Assembly: GCF_039654945.1 (NCBI RefSeq)
Contig: NW_027361692.1
Location: forward strand, 24,490,001-24,554,000
Source of the DNA: Dendrobates tinctorius
Lineage: Eukaryota
Reading direction: 5' to 3'
Length of the DNA: 64,000 bases
Of the stretch, positions 10,816-22,059 are shown in pieces. The position numbers were made by a program, and so were the translations under genes. The notes under the pieces were generated by a model. It searched no databases. It was not told where the DNA came from and saw nothing but the letters and a program-made list of their open reading frames with translations. How positions within the stretch are numbered: position 1 is the stretch's first letter; each line of letters opens with the position of its first letter.

Positions 10816-12867
10816 CAGGGCCGGTTTTAGGGAAAGTTTAAAATGGGGTCCAAATGCTAACATATTGCACATCACACAGAAGAATTTCGGTTGCAGTTAC
10901 ATGCGCTGAGTTCAGGCCGCTAAAGGAGTGTAATAGACAATACTGAAGTCGTTCAACGCTTGTTTCCTGGCCTCTTTCCACCATCTGAGAAAGAATGATG
11001 GGAACAGAACAATCACTAATGGATCATTAACACATCACCATACAGTATCATATCAGCAGCACATCTACAGTTTACACCCCATAGTCCTCCATGTAATATA
11101 ATGTGCCCCATAGTCCTCCATATATTAAAATACCCTCAGTCCTCCATATAGTATAATACACTCCTCATAGTGCTCCATATAGTATAATACACCGCCAGTC
11201 ATCCATGTAGTACAATTCACTTCCCATAGTATAATGCACCCCATAGTTCTTCACATAGTATAATGTATTCCCCATTAGTCCTCATTACAGTATAATGCAG
11301 CCCTGCCTTACAATATAATGTAACCCCCATAGAATATATTGCAGCCCCCTCTTATAGTATAATGCAGCCACCCCACAGAATATAATGTACCCCCCCCATA
11401 GAATATAATGCAGACCCTCCATAGAATATATGGCAGCCCCGTCAGAGTATAATGCAGCCCCCCATAGAATATAATGCAGCCCCTCCATAGAATACAATGT
11501 AACCCTCCTCATATAGTATAATGCAGTGCTAATAGAATATAATGTAGCCCCCTCAAAGTATAATGAAGCCCCTCATACAATATAATCTAGCCCCCATAGA
11601 ATACAATGTAGCTTCCTCATATAGTATAATGTAGCCCCCTCAGAGTATGATGCAATAACCCCCATAGAATATAATATACTACAGCCCCCCATTGAATATA
11701 ATGTAGCCCTGAATAGAATATAATACAGCCCTCCTCCCCATAGAATATAATGTAGCCCCCATGGTATATAACACAGCCGCATAGTATATAACAGCACCAC
11801 ATGGTATACAGCACAGCCCCCCCCCAGCACCATGGTATACAGCACAATCCCACATGGTATACAGTACAGCCCCCCTCCCCCAGTACAGCCCCCCCAGCAC
11901 AGCACCATGGTATACAGCCCCCCTCCCCCCAGCACAGCACTATGGTATACAGCACCATGGTATACAGCCCCCCCTCCAGCACAACACAACACCATGGTTT
12001 ACAGCGCCACCTCCAGCACAGCACCATGGTATACAGCACCATGCTATACATCCCCCCTCCCCTCCAGCACTGCACCACACCATGGTATACAGCCCCCCAG
12101 CACAGCACCTCACCATGGTATACAGCCCCCCTCCCCCCTAGCACAGCACCATGGTATACAGCTCCCCCTCTCCCACAGCACCATGGTATACAGTCTCCCC
12201 CCCCAGCACAGCACCATGGTATACAGCTCCCCCTCTCCCACAGCACCATGGTATACAGTCTCCCCCCCCCCAGCACAGCACCATGGTATACAGTCTCCCC
12301 CCCCCCAGCACAGCACCATGGTATACAGTCTCCCCCCCCAGCACAGCACCATGGTATACAGTCTCCCCCCCCCAGCACAGCACCATGGTATACAGTCTCC
12401 CCCCCCCAGCACAGCACCATGGTATACAGTCTCCCCCCCCCAGCACAGCACCATGGTATACAGCTTCCCCACAGCACCATGGTATACAGCACCCCCCGGC
12501 ACAGCACCATGGTATACAGCCCCCTCCAGCACAGCACCATGGTACAGTACTCACTGTTGCATTAAAAAAAAAAAAAACACTCCTCACCTCCTCGTGCCCG
12601 CACTGCTCCTGTCTCCTGCTCTGCCTGGTACACAGGGAGTGCGCAATGACGTCATCGCGCACCCATTGTATGTCAGAGGCAGAGCGGGGAATGATGGAAG
12701 AGGGAGCATCAGTCGGTATAGTTCAATGAGGCGGCGGGGTGAGTCGGCACTGGGGGCAGGCGGGCCCCCCTGCCTCACGGGCCCCATAGCGGCTGCGTGA
12801 TGTGCCGCTAGATGGGGGCCCCTGTGGGAGCAGGGGCCCTAGGCAGCTGCCTGGTCTGCCGGCCCTG
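10816..12867. mobile_element. Non-autonomous hAT element with internal minisatellite expansion
   Basis: TIR cagggccgg / ccggccctg with a perfect 8-bp TSD CATACATT (10808-10815 and 12868-12875). Confidence 0.85.
11080..12546. repeat. Compound minisatellite (~21-bp atagaatataatgcagccccc grading into ~33-bp cagcacagcaccatggtatacagtctccccccc)
   Basis: Tandem units directly visible; explains the many low-complexity ORFs in all frames. Confidence 0.93.
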
Positions 12868-13376
12868 CATACATTGTGCCTCCATACAGTGCAGAAACCC
12901 TATGTACTGTAGCGCCCCCATACATTGTACCCAACTTGTGCTTCTGGAGATGCACACCACGTAAATTAAATGCGCTCTCCCCTCTACAATAATGCCAAAC
13001 GTGGCCGCTCGCTTACTGTGGTTTAGGCACAGTGGGGGGCATTTGGATTTGGGAACACATTTCACTAGATTTTATTTGGGGGTGTGTTGGACGTGTCACT
13101 TTTCCAGAGAGTTTGTTCTACCAGTAACGTGCAAGCCCCCCTATATTTCCAGTGACAGATGATGGGTTTTGTGTGGGATAAGTTAAGGTTCTTACCAGTA
13201 ACATTTTGGGGTACATAATATTTTTGATCCCTTTCAGTATAAGGCTGGATCACGTTGTTGTGCTCTACGCTGAGCACTTAGATCTGGGTTTCCCTGTAAT
13301 TCTAAAAAAAAAAAATGTGAATCAAACGAAACCACCGACTGAGCCAACCACCATGAGGCAGATGGAGACACTTTGG

Positions 13377-14171
13377 TGTTATGATTGAGTCACCGTAGGA
13401 GGCAAAAACAGAAATGCTAAGTCCAGAAAACCAGAGAAGTTGGCAGCTATCGGATTGCAGACCCCTGAACCTAGCAACACAACTAGCAGTAGCCGTGGGG
13501 GGTTCCTACGATGCCCTAGACCCCTCTATCACAGCCGGAGAAATAGCTAGGCCTAAAGAAAGAAAGGGGAAAACTAAACTGCCCCAGAGCAGACCCCAAA
13601 GCAATAGGCAGCCCCCAACATATGACGGTGAAGCAAGATGAAAACACTAACACAGGCAGAAAGATAGATTGAGCAAAGACGGGGCCCAATCTAGCTAGAT
13701 AGAAAAGGACAGGAAGGCTGCTGTCTGCAATCCGTGAAAAACCCTATGAAAATAAGAGCCAACAGACTGATAGTGAAAAAGGCCCTGAAGACGCTAGGCT
13801 TCAAAAAAGCTATGTCAGTTCTCAGGAATATTCTGAAGACAGAGCTACAGGCAAAAGGAGATTCAGCTCACCCCAGCAGGGAATGGCAATATCCAGAAAA
13901 GCAAGGAAAACAAAAACAAAACACTAATGCAAACAGGCAAAGCAGAAAAACTTAGCTTAGAGGAGCAGGAATCAGACTGGTGTCCTAGAAGTCCACAGAG
14001 AAATCACCCGCAGGGCAGAAGGGCGTCGGCAGCCTTATATCCAGTCCGTGACTCCACTCAGCCAGTCATCCTCATCAGGTTCAGGTGCCTGATAATCAGG
14101 CTCATTACCTTCCTTCACCAGAATAGAGTTCACCAGACCTCAGTGACGAAGGGGAAAATGAACTCACAACA
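13377..14171. mobile_element. Solo LTR inserted in a MITE
   Basis: Ends TGTT...AACA with flanking direct repeat CTTTGG; removing it restores a sequence collinear with the MITE at ~2850-3210 (agacactytgga). Confidence 0.7.
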
Positions 14172-15930
14172 CTTTGGATTCCGTTTGGTGTCTGTTCTGG
14201 TGGTGTACCTCTTTATATGCGTGCACAGATCTGTGGTCCTCCACACATGTAAGCTATAAAGATGCCTAAAATGATGGGACGCTGCCGGAACAGAGGCCAG
14301 ATGAAGTCCAAGTGTCTCCATCTGGCTAATAAGTGGTTCCATTGGGGGTTTTGTTGGAATCGCGGTTTTGGAGAATTTACGTGGAAACCCCAACAGTAGC
14401 TGGACCTTAGACTCCTAGTCTAAAGTTAGCCACATGTCATGCCTGCACAGGGCCTCATGATTGGGCATAACATATGCTGAGCATGTTTATCCTCATTTTT
14501 AGATTGAATGACATGCTGATGTTTTCACTGTTATCCACCAGACCAGTATCAGTCTGCCTACTCCATCCATGGGCGGACACATGGTGTTGATACAGCACAT
14601 TATGTCTGGGAAGACTGCCCTCCAGCTACGCCTTGTTAATTGTTGGCGCCTTCGGGTCGGGCTAGTCTAGCAATTGAGATGTGCCACTCACAGTGAAGGT
14701 TTAAGCTGAATTCAGAAGGATTACTCTCTTAAATAAAAGTCTGACTTTGGAATATCATTCCAGTATATGGTTTAACTTGCAGTGCACTGGTCTATGTGCA
14801 GGGAGGAGAGGCTGACCTGGAAGAAGTGGGAATAGGGATCTTAATACTTCAACTCTCCATGTGGACTCACTGTGGTCTCAGACTGGCGCTTTTTTGTTTT
14901 TTTCATTCGTCTTACAATACGGCACCTGATTAGTATGTCCGGACCTGGTAGCAGCAGGCAGAAACGTGCGTTGGGGCCGTGTGTACAACACCACAGGACA
15001 GATATGGGTAATACAACTACCTGTTGTGATGCTCCTGCTGCTGTAGTCAATGCTTATCTGCTTTAATACTGTGATTTATGTATGATACATGTATTACTTA
15101 TTTACTTGCATTGATACATTTGCATGAGTCTTTCTGAGTTTGATTAATGGACTTGGTGAACTATCACTTTATATAACATACAGGTCCTCTTACTAGGCTC
15201 TCCCTACCTACACTGCATATATGGTGTTGCACTTGATTTTTCTTGTTGCACCCAGTCTTCTGCCTAAAATAGCTTTGTCATTGATACGTTTTTTTATTTT
15301 ATTTTGACGTGCTTTCTATGTATTGAGTTAAATAATCTTTTTGTACTCTATTGGTGGATTGTTTTACTCCAATGGAAAACAATATCGCTGTTAAAAACTC
15401 TAACCTCCTATATTCCAGTAGGCGCGTGGTCACAGATACACAGCTGTGTGTTGCAACGAAAGATCCGATCTGATTCCTCCAACCTAAAGCTCTTGGCAAT
15501 AAGGCAGTATATAAGAAAGCTCCTTTCACCTATACAAGGTCACCATGTAAGGGTCTTGTCATTCAGTAGGGTAGCTTACATAAACCATTAGAGGGGAACT
15601 CTGCTGAGATCTGTAATGACACTGAACAGATTTTTCAGCATTTTGGAGTCTCACATTTTATCTTTAACAGCGGCTCATATAAAGGAGGAAGAGAATTACA
15701 AGCAGACTGCTTGAGCCACATACCTCTAAAACAGGGTCAAATCTTAATTTAGCAGCATTGAATTTGAAAATGAGCTTTGGATCTAGTACATTTCCAATCC
15801 AAAGTTGGTACTCTGAGATCTGAATCCGGTGCTTACCGCTGTAACAAGTCTTCATTAGACCCCATATATTGGACGTCTTCACACTAAAGACTATGATCCT
15901 GGTGGCCCTGACTTGGGCATGGAGAGTTAA

Positions 15931-16572
15931 GGCCCCGTCTCACTAAGCGATCTCGGTAGTGAGATCGCTGCCGAGTCACAACTTTTGTGACGTAACAGCG
16001 ATCTCACCAGCGAGATCGCTGTGTGTGACAGCGATCAGCGAGCGGCCCCCCTGCCGGTATCGCTGGAAGAAACCTCTGGACATTTCTTTGGTCGCTGGTC
16101 TCCCGCTGGCCAGCACGCATCGCTGTGTGTGACAGCGGGAGACCAGCGATCAGGTGTAAAAAAATAATAAAAAAAAAGTTATTCTCACCTTCCGATGTCC
16201 CGTTCAGCCATCCTGCCTCTCTCCACTCTCCGGTCCCAGTGATCCTTTGCATGAATGACCGCGAGACTTTGTTATCCCGCGAGACCGTGACATCTCGCGG
16301 TCATTCGTGCAAAGGATCACTGGGACCGGAGCGTGGAGAGAGGCGGGATGGCTAAACGGGACGTCGGAAGGTGAGAATACTATATTTTTTATTTTGATAC
16401 TATTTTCTACAGTAATAGCCAGCGATGCCGGGCGCTCTGCATCGCTGTGCTGATCGCTGGTGAAGCTGTCTGTGTGACAGCTCACCAGCGATCACATAGC
16501 GACTTACCAGCGATCCTGACACCTTCATATCAGTGTCGGGATCGCTGGTGAGTCGCTTAGTGTGACGGGGAC
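15931..16572. mobile_element. MITE related to 5198-5560, with an internal ~200-bp palindrome
   Basis: TIR ggccccgtctcactaagcga / tcgcttagtgtgacgggg; internal inverted repeat 16180-16380. Confidence 0.75.
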
Positions 16573-16866
16573 TTTAGTTACATTCAAGCTTTGTTTGTGA
16601 TTCCTCTTTACACAGATCCTAGAAGATAGGGTGGTTCCAGAACCACCCTATCTTCCCAAGCTTGCTTCCAAGTTCCACAGTAGTTAGGCATTTGTGAACT
16701 AGGTTTATTAAGTCCTGTGATAGCCCTAGTCCAAAGATTCCTCCCTGGGATTTTAATTTAGCATGAGAAGCAGTGACCAAATGTCTTTTTGAGCCTTTGC
16801 AGGAGTTATCCATGAGAAATCTCACATTAAAAGCAGTGATCCTTGTGGCGTTAACAGCAGCTCTTA

Positions 16867-17720
16867 GGCTATGTGCACACATCCGGAATTCCCGTGGACT
16901 TTATGCGTTTGCTGCGTTTTTTTTCGCTGCAAAAACGCATAAAATAAGCAACCCAATTGAATTCAATGGCATTCCGCACATGCTATGATAATGCGTATTT
17001 TTCCGCTGCAAAATCGCATCTCGGAAAAATACGCAGCATGCTCATCGCGGGAATTCCGCACACATAGGAATGCATTGTTCCGCTTATTTTCCGCATGTGG
17101 CTATGCCCACCATGCACAAAGTAAGGGGAAAATGTGTGGATAGTACCCAGGGTCTGGAGGAGAGGAGAGTGTCCTCCAGGCCCTGGGTATCATATCCCTG
17201 TTAAATTTTTTTTTTTTTTAAATAAAAAATCATGATATTCTCACCTTCCGGCGTCCCACGCAGCGTTCCCAGGCCTCAGTGATGCTCCCGGCAACTCCCG
17301 TTCCCAGCGATGCCTTGCGACAATGACCTTTGACGTAGCGGTCTCGCGAAACCGCTACATCAAAGGTCATTGTCACAAGGCATCGCTGGGAACGGGACTT
17401 GCCGGGAGCATCGCGAGGATCGGGGATGCCAGAATGTGAGAAAAACACGAATAATTTTTTTAACTTTATATATTTTTACTATTGAGGCATAGGCAGCCTC
17501 AATAGTAAAAAGTTGGTCACACTTGTCAAACACTGTTTGACGAGTGTGACCAACCTGTCAATCAGTTTTCCAAGCAATGCTACAGATCGCTTGGAAAATG
17601 CTAGTATTCTGCAAGCTAATTACGCTTGCAAAACGCTAAGGCGGGAATTATGCATGCGGAATTCCCGCGGCAGGGAGTTGCGAAATTCCCGCAGGAATTC
17701 CAAACGCGTGCATTAGAGTC
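16867..17720. mobile_element. MITE (ggctatgtgcacac family)
   Basis: Starts tta-ggctatgtgcacac, degenerate right TIR, internal palindrome 17230-17445; splits the DIRS YR remnant. Confidence 0.6.
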
Positions 17721-18387
17721 AACAATATTTAGGCTTTATCATTTACTCAAATTTGATGACAATAGTTTGAACCCTGATCCTTCCTATCAACCAAAAGCAG
17801 CCAAGAGATTCCATTGGAGTCAAGAATTTGTACTTCCGAATAGTTCCTCAAGCTGGACGTTAGAAGGACCCTAATTAAATAAATGATAGCAATTGAAGAG
17901 TGGAGGAAGAGCCAGTCATAGTTTTTCTTTCCGGGGGGGCTAGGAAAGGTTTTAAACTTTCAAGGGGCACCCTAGCAAGGTGGATTAGGGTAGCCTGTTC
18001 TGCTAGCAACGTGTCAGTTCAAGAACGATAAGAGCTCATTCCACTCCAGAAGTGTGCATCAACCAAATATGTACAGTAAGGCAGCAGCTTGGTCCTCTAC
18101 ATCAACCTTGTACACTATAGGCTGGATTTATCCTCCACGGCTGATTTAACCTTTGGTAGAAGGGTTCTGCAATCGGTGGTCCCTCGCTAAGGTGGATTGT
18201 TTTTCTCTTTAAATCTCTCAAGTGGTGGTGTCATGGGTGTAGGGAAAAATCTAAGTTACTCACCAGTAATGGGATTGTCCAGAGCACATGACAACACCCC
18301 TATATATTCCCATCTGTCACCGGGTTTGGGTGCACTATTTAAGTTAAATGATTGGTTTTAAGAGTGTGGTGATAACTTGGTGAGTTA

Positions 18388-18751
18388 GGCTACTTTCACA
18401 TTAGCGTCGGGGCGACGTACCGTCGCATGCTGTGAAAGGCGTGCACAACGGGGGCATGCGGATTTTTCATCGCATCTGCTGCCCCATTGTAATGTCCGGG
18501 GAGGAGGGGGCGGAGTTTCGGCCGCCCCTGCGCGGTAGAAAATGGCGGAGACGCCCCCCAAAAAACGTTACATGTAACGTTTGTGTGCGTCGCGGCCGCC
18601 AAAACATGACGCATCCGTCACACGACGGATGCGACGCTAATGTAAGTCAATGGAGAAAAAACGCATCCTGCAGGCAACTTTGCAGGATGCGTTTTTTCCC
18701 CAAAACGACGCATTGCAACGTGCATCACACGACGCTAATGTGAAAGTAGCC
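18388..18751. mobile_element. PIF/Harbinger-type MITE
   Basis: Perfect TIR ggctactttcacattagcgtcg / cgacgctaatgtgaaagtagcc with TTA TSD. Confidence 0.85.
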
Positions 18752-20491
18752 TTATGTGCGTATGTGGGGGTCCGCTCATGCTCTGTACCCCCAACTGATG
18801 CAGGAGAGAGGTGCCGTCCTTTTATTTCAGTGGATTTCTTGTCCTAATTATGCAAATCCCCCCTCTCAGGTGCTGCCGTCATGGGCTCTAGAAAATCCCA
18901 TTATCAATGAGTAACTTAGATTTTTTTTTTTTTTTTACGACGTTTTGATTTTTTTCAGTTTTATGTGTCGATATGATGAAAAAGCAACATTACTTTTTTT
19001 AAAATAACCATATTCGATATACGGAATAAGTAACATGCCAGTTTGACAAATCAGGTCGTTCTGAATACGGCAATACCAAATGGTGTACTTTTTTTTGCTT
19101 AGTTTTGTTTTATCACAAACGTTGCGTTTTAAGTCGCAAAACCACTTTGTGATGTGTGTGAGCTTTTTGTTTGTGAAATAAAGTAGAAGAACAAAGTACC
19201 GTATATACTCGAGTATAAGCCGAGGCACCTAATTTTTCCACGGAAAACTGGGTATGCTTATTGACTCGAGTATAAGCCGGGTATGCATTGTCCCCTCAGG
19301 TCGGGCTTTCCTTCGTATTGCCCAGCTGCTAACTGCAGTACCTGCATCATCAGTGCAATACTAAGGAAATCCTAAAACCGTGGTGGCTGTTGGGACCTGG
19401 AGATTGGAGAATACTGCTCTAAGTTATCAAGCACAGGAGATTTTATTTTATATCGTGACCGACTTGGACAATAACACAATATCAAAATACCAGCAGCCGA
19501 CAGCACATCAGGAAAAATATAAGAATGCACGTTTAAAGTCCATAGACCCAACTGGACAAACGAAACAAAAAATAGAACAGCATCCAATCCAGGAGAAAAA
19601 ATAAAGAAAATGTCTTTATTCCGCCATCATACCACGTTTCGACCTGCTCGGTGTTTTTCAAGTACTTGATCAAGACGAAACATTGCATGATGGCGGAATA
19701 AAGACATTTTCTTTATTTTTTTTTCTCCTGGATTGGATGCTGTTCTATTTTTTCTTATTTGAGTAACACAATATCAGGCTGCGCTGCGGTAATGAAGAAT
19801 CCACATGGGATCTGGTGTCGTGTGATCATCCACATTGGTCACCTATCCTGGAGATCATCCCCAGCCATGAGGCAGCAGCTGGCATCTTCAGGTCTCATCG
19901 GGAGGGGGGTGCCGGTACACCACCCGCTCAGGTGAGCACCTTACTTTCACTTTCCTTTCCCCGATGGTCTTGTGCGCTTCTGGTTCCCATAGTTTTGGCT
20001 ACCTTTATATTGTTGTCTAGGTTACCAGCCACCTCTGCCAGCTCATAGTTCAGAGCAGCGGTGCGATCAATCCACTGATCTGAACTGTCAGCTTTCAGGA
20101 GGCGACAGGACGCATTGGATGCCTGAACATACAACTCGAGCAAGCTCCATGTCCTTTCCCGTGCCATGGAGACATAACCCTCATCATGGTACCAATGCTT
20201 TTATGCAACTGACAACTAAGCCAGTGTTGCCATAAACTTGTAAAATATTTTATTTTTACCCCAAAGTCTCTATAGCAAAAATAAGTTGTGCCACTCTGCT
20301 GCACCCAGATCACTAATATGGACGGGCAGACATGGAGCGGATCGGGCACAGTAATGCTGAACTAGAAGGCTAGTTCTGTAATATCTACTACTCCCACCAT
20401 CGAGCCGGGGGCTTCTTTCCTCCGCCCGTGACGCCCAGTGTGTGGTCCATCACAGACAACATGATGGATGGCATGCCTCCACAAGGCAGCA

Positions 20492-21532
20492 TCAAGAGAC
20501 GTCCTCCAGGTAGTCCGCCACATCGCTCAGGTGGGAGATGGAGTTGTCCAGGGTGAGCTCCTCCAGCTTGTGGTCACTGGCCGTCAGCTCGTCCACAGAC
20601 AGCTCGTCCTCCAGGTCCTCGCCAATGCTGGCCTCACTCCTCTGGCTGCTGCTGTGGAAGTCGTCCATGTAGTCCTCCTCCTGAGCAGCCCCGATCTCCA
20701 GAGAGGCCATCTTCTCGGAGGTGGATCTCAGCGAGCCTTCTCTGTCCGGGTCCTTGCCCGTAGGTGACCCCTGCGAGTGTGTGGGGACAGGGCGCACCTC
20801 CTCCTTCCAGCCATAGGTTCTCTCAGGCTTGGGGATGGGGTCATCGAAGAACGAGTCTCCTTCCTGGTCGTCCTCGTCGTCCGGCTGCGGGCTGCTGCTC
20901 TTGTAGTCGCCGACGACCACACTCCTGCAGTGGAGGAAGAGCCCCCGGTACACGGCCAGGAAGCGCTGCTCGTCTATGGCGCCGGGGAGCCCCGCCAGCT
21001 GCTCGGTGACGTACGTGTCCAGCATGCCCCGGTGGAAGCCAGGACACAGCTCCAGCAGCAGCGCCCGCAGCTCCGGCTCCCCAAGCTCCCCGGTGCCCGC
21101 CCGCTGCCGGTACTTGGCCCGGGCCTGCTCGGTGCGCCCCGGGGACAGCTCCTCTCTCTGCCGGTGCCGTCTCAGCAGCTCCAGCAGCAGAGGCGCCTCC
21201 GACACAGACAGCCCGAGCTCCCGGGCGGCGGCCGGGCGCTGGTCGGGGGCGCTGGGCAGGCAGGCCTCGGGCTGCAGCACGGCCAGGGTGAAGTCCAGGT
21301 GGAAGTGCTGCAGGAAGTCGGTGAGCAGGCTGGCGAGCAGGCGGCCATCGCTGGTGGCCAGGAACTGCCGCAGCCTCTCGTTGGTGAGCGCCGGCTTACT
21401 CTCCTCCTGCTCCTCCAGCGCCAGGAACACGGACGCCCGCAGCTCGGCCTTGATCTTGTTCAGGACGCCGTTATTCTCCAGCGTATGGATCAGCAGATCC
21501 CGGAGCTCCGTGTCCTCCTCCGCCGCAGACAT
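20492..21532 (-). CDS. CEP43: Centrosomal protein 43 (FGFR1 oncogene partner), intact single-exon ORF of 346 aa; probable retrogene
   Basis: N-terminus EEDTELRDLL..TLEN.GVLNKIKAELRA.VFLALEEQE and LisH-type LDFTLAV.QPE; internal GDSFFDDP.PKPE.TYGW; C-terminus LSDVADYLEDV. No introns or stops; AATAAA on the minus strand at 20249-20254. Confidence 0.93.
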   Translation of the reverse strand: MSAAEEDTELRDLLIHTLENNGVLNKIKAELRASVFLALEEQEESKPALTNERLRQFLATSDGRLLASLLTDFLQHFHLDFTLAVLQPEACLPSAPDQRPAAARELGLSVSEAPLLLELLRRHRQREELSPGRTEQARAKYRQRAGTGELGEPELRALLLELCPGFHRGMLDTYVTEQLAGLPGAIDEQRFLAVYRGLFLHCRSVVVGDYKSSSPQPDDEDDQEGDSFFDDPIPKPERTYGWKEEVRPVPTHSQGSPTGKDPDREGSLRSTSEKMASLEIGAAQEEDYMDDFHSSSQRSEASIGEDLEDELSVDELTASDHKLEELTLDNSISHLSDVADYLEDVS

Positions 21533-21870
21533 GTCGGAGCGGTGATGATTGCCGAGCTAATCGAGCGCAGTTGTGTCACTTACGTGCCGGCGAACAGCCA
21601 ATCACACAGCACGCCGCTTTTAGGGGGCGCTAGTGACGTCAGGGAAGCGCCAGGTTTGAGCGCCAAGTAATCCACGCCTTTGTTGGAACTGTTTCTGTCC
21701 ACTGGTAACTAAGCAACTTTAAGCTCCGCCCTTCCAGGCATTATGGGCAGATGTAAGATGCGGAGAAAAAAGTCGATCGGCTCGTCAGCTCAGCTACTCT
21801 GGCCTTATGGTCTGTGTCTCCCAGCTCAGCCCTCCCCGCGTTCCCCGGGCGCTTGGCAACCGAGCGGCGC
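21533..21870. promoter_or_regulatory. Putative bidirectional CpG-island promoter (CEP43 leftward, RAB23 rightward)
   Basis: CCAAT 21598-21602, perfect CRE TGACGTCA 21634-21641, X-box-like GTAACTAAGCAAC 21705-21717, GC box ctccgccc 21724-21731, half X-box TTGGCAAC 21853-21860; inside a CpG-rich region ~20500-22060. Confidence 0.65.
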
Positions 21871-21912
21871 AGAGCGTGGCAGGAAGACTGGGACTGCGCT
21901 GCCAGGAGCTGG
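21780..21912 (+). other. RAB23: Candidate non-coding exon 1 of RAB23 (start approximate)
   Basis: GC-rich segment after the promoter motifs ending in a possible donor gg|gtagga. The first coding exon has an upstream acceptor, so a 5' exon must exist; this is the most promoter-like CpG island upstream. Confidence 0.4.
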
Positions 21913-22059
21913 GTAGGAGCCGGGCATCGGCGGGATGGGTGCGGTTCTTTGTACCGATGTGGTGTCCGGTTATGTTGGCGTGGCCGCATAACTTAGTGTC
22001 CTAACCCAGTGTGATGGCAGGAGCTGTCTGCGCCGCCGGCCTGTGCTCTGCGGGGGTCC

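Larger units (their letters stand above)
16620..18925 (+). mobile_element. Decayed DIRS 3' remnant (tyrosine recombinase, ICR, right terminus) interrupted by two MITEs
   Basis: Remnant peptides PPWDFNL, FEPLQELSMRNLTLKAVILVALT, PDPSYQPK..KRFHWSQEFVLP resemble the YR of the DIRS at 54039-59311. ICR-like segment 18222-18300 is complementary to the terminus at 18878-18925. Confidence 0.7.

Noticed and set aside
11573-12800. Multiple long ORFs on both strands (keratin-associated or extensin-like look)
   Set aside because: Low-complexity tandem repeat inside a TSD-bounded hAT element.
20777-21670. 297-aa and 189-aa plus-strand ORFs
   Set aside because: Antisense shadows of the GC3-rich CEP43 ORF.
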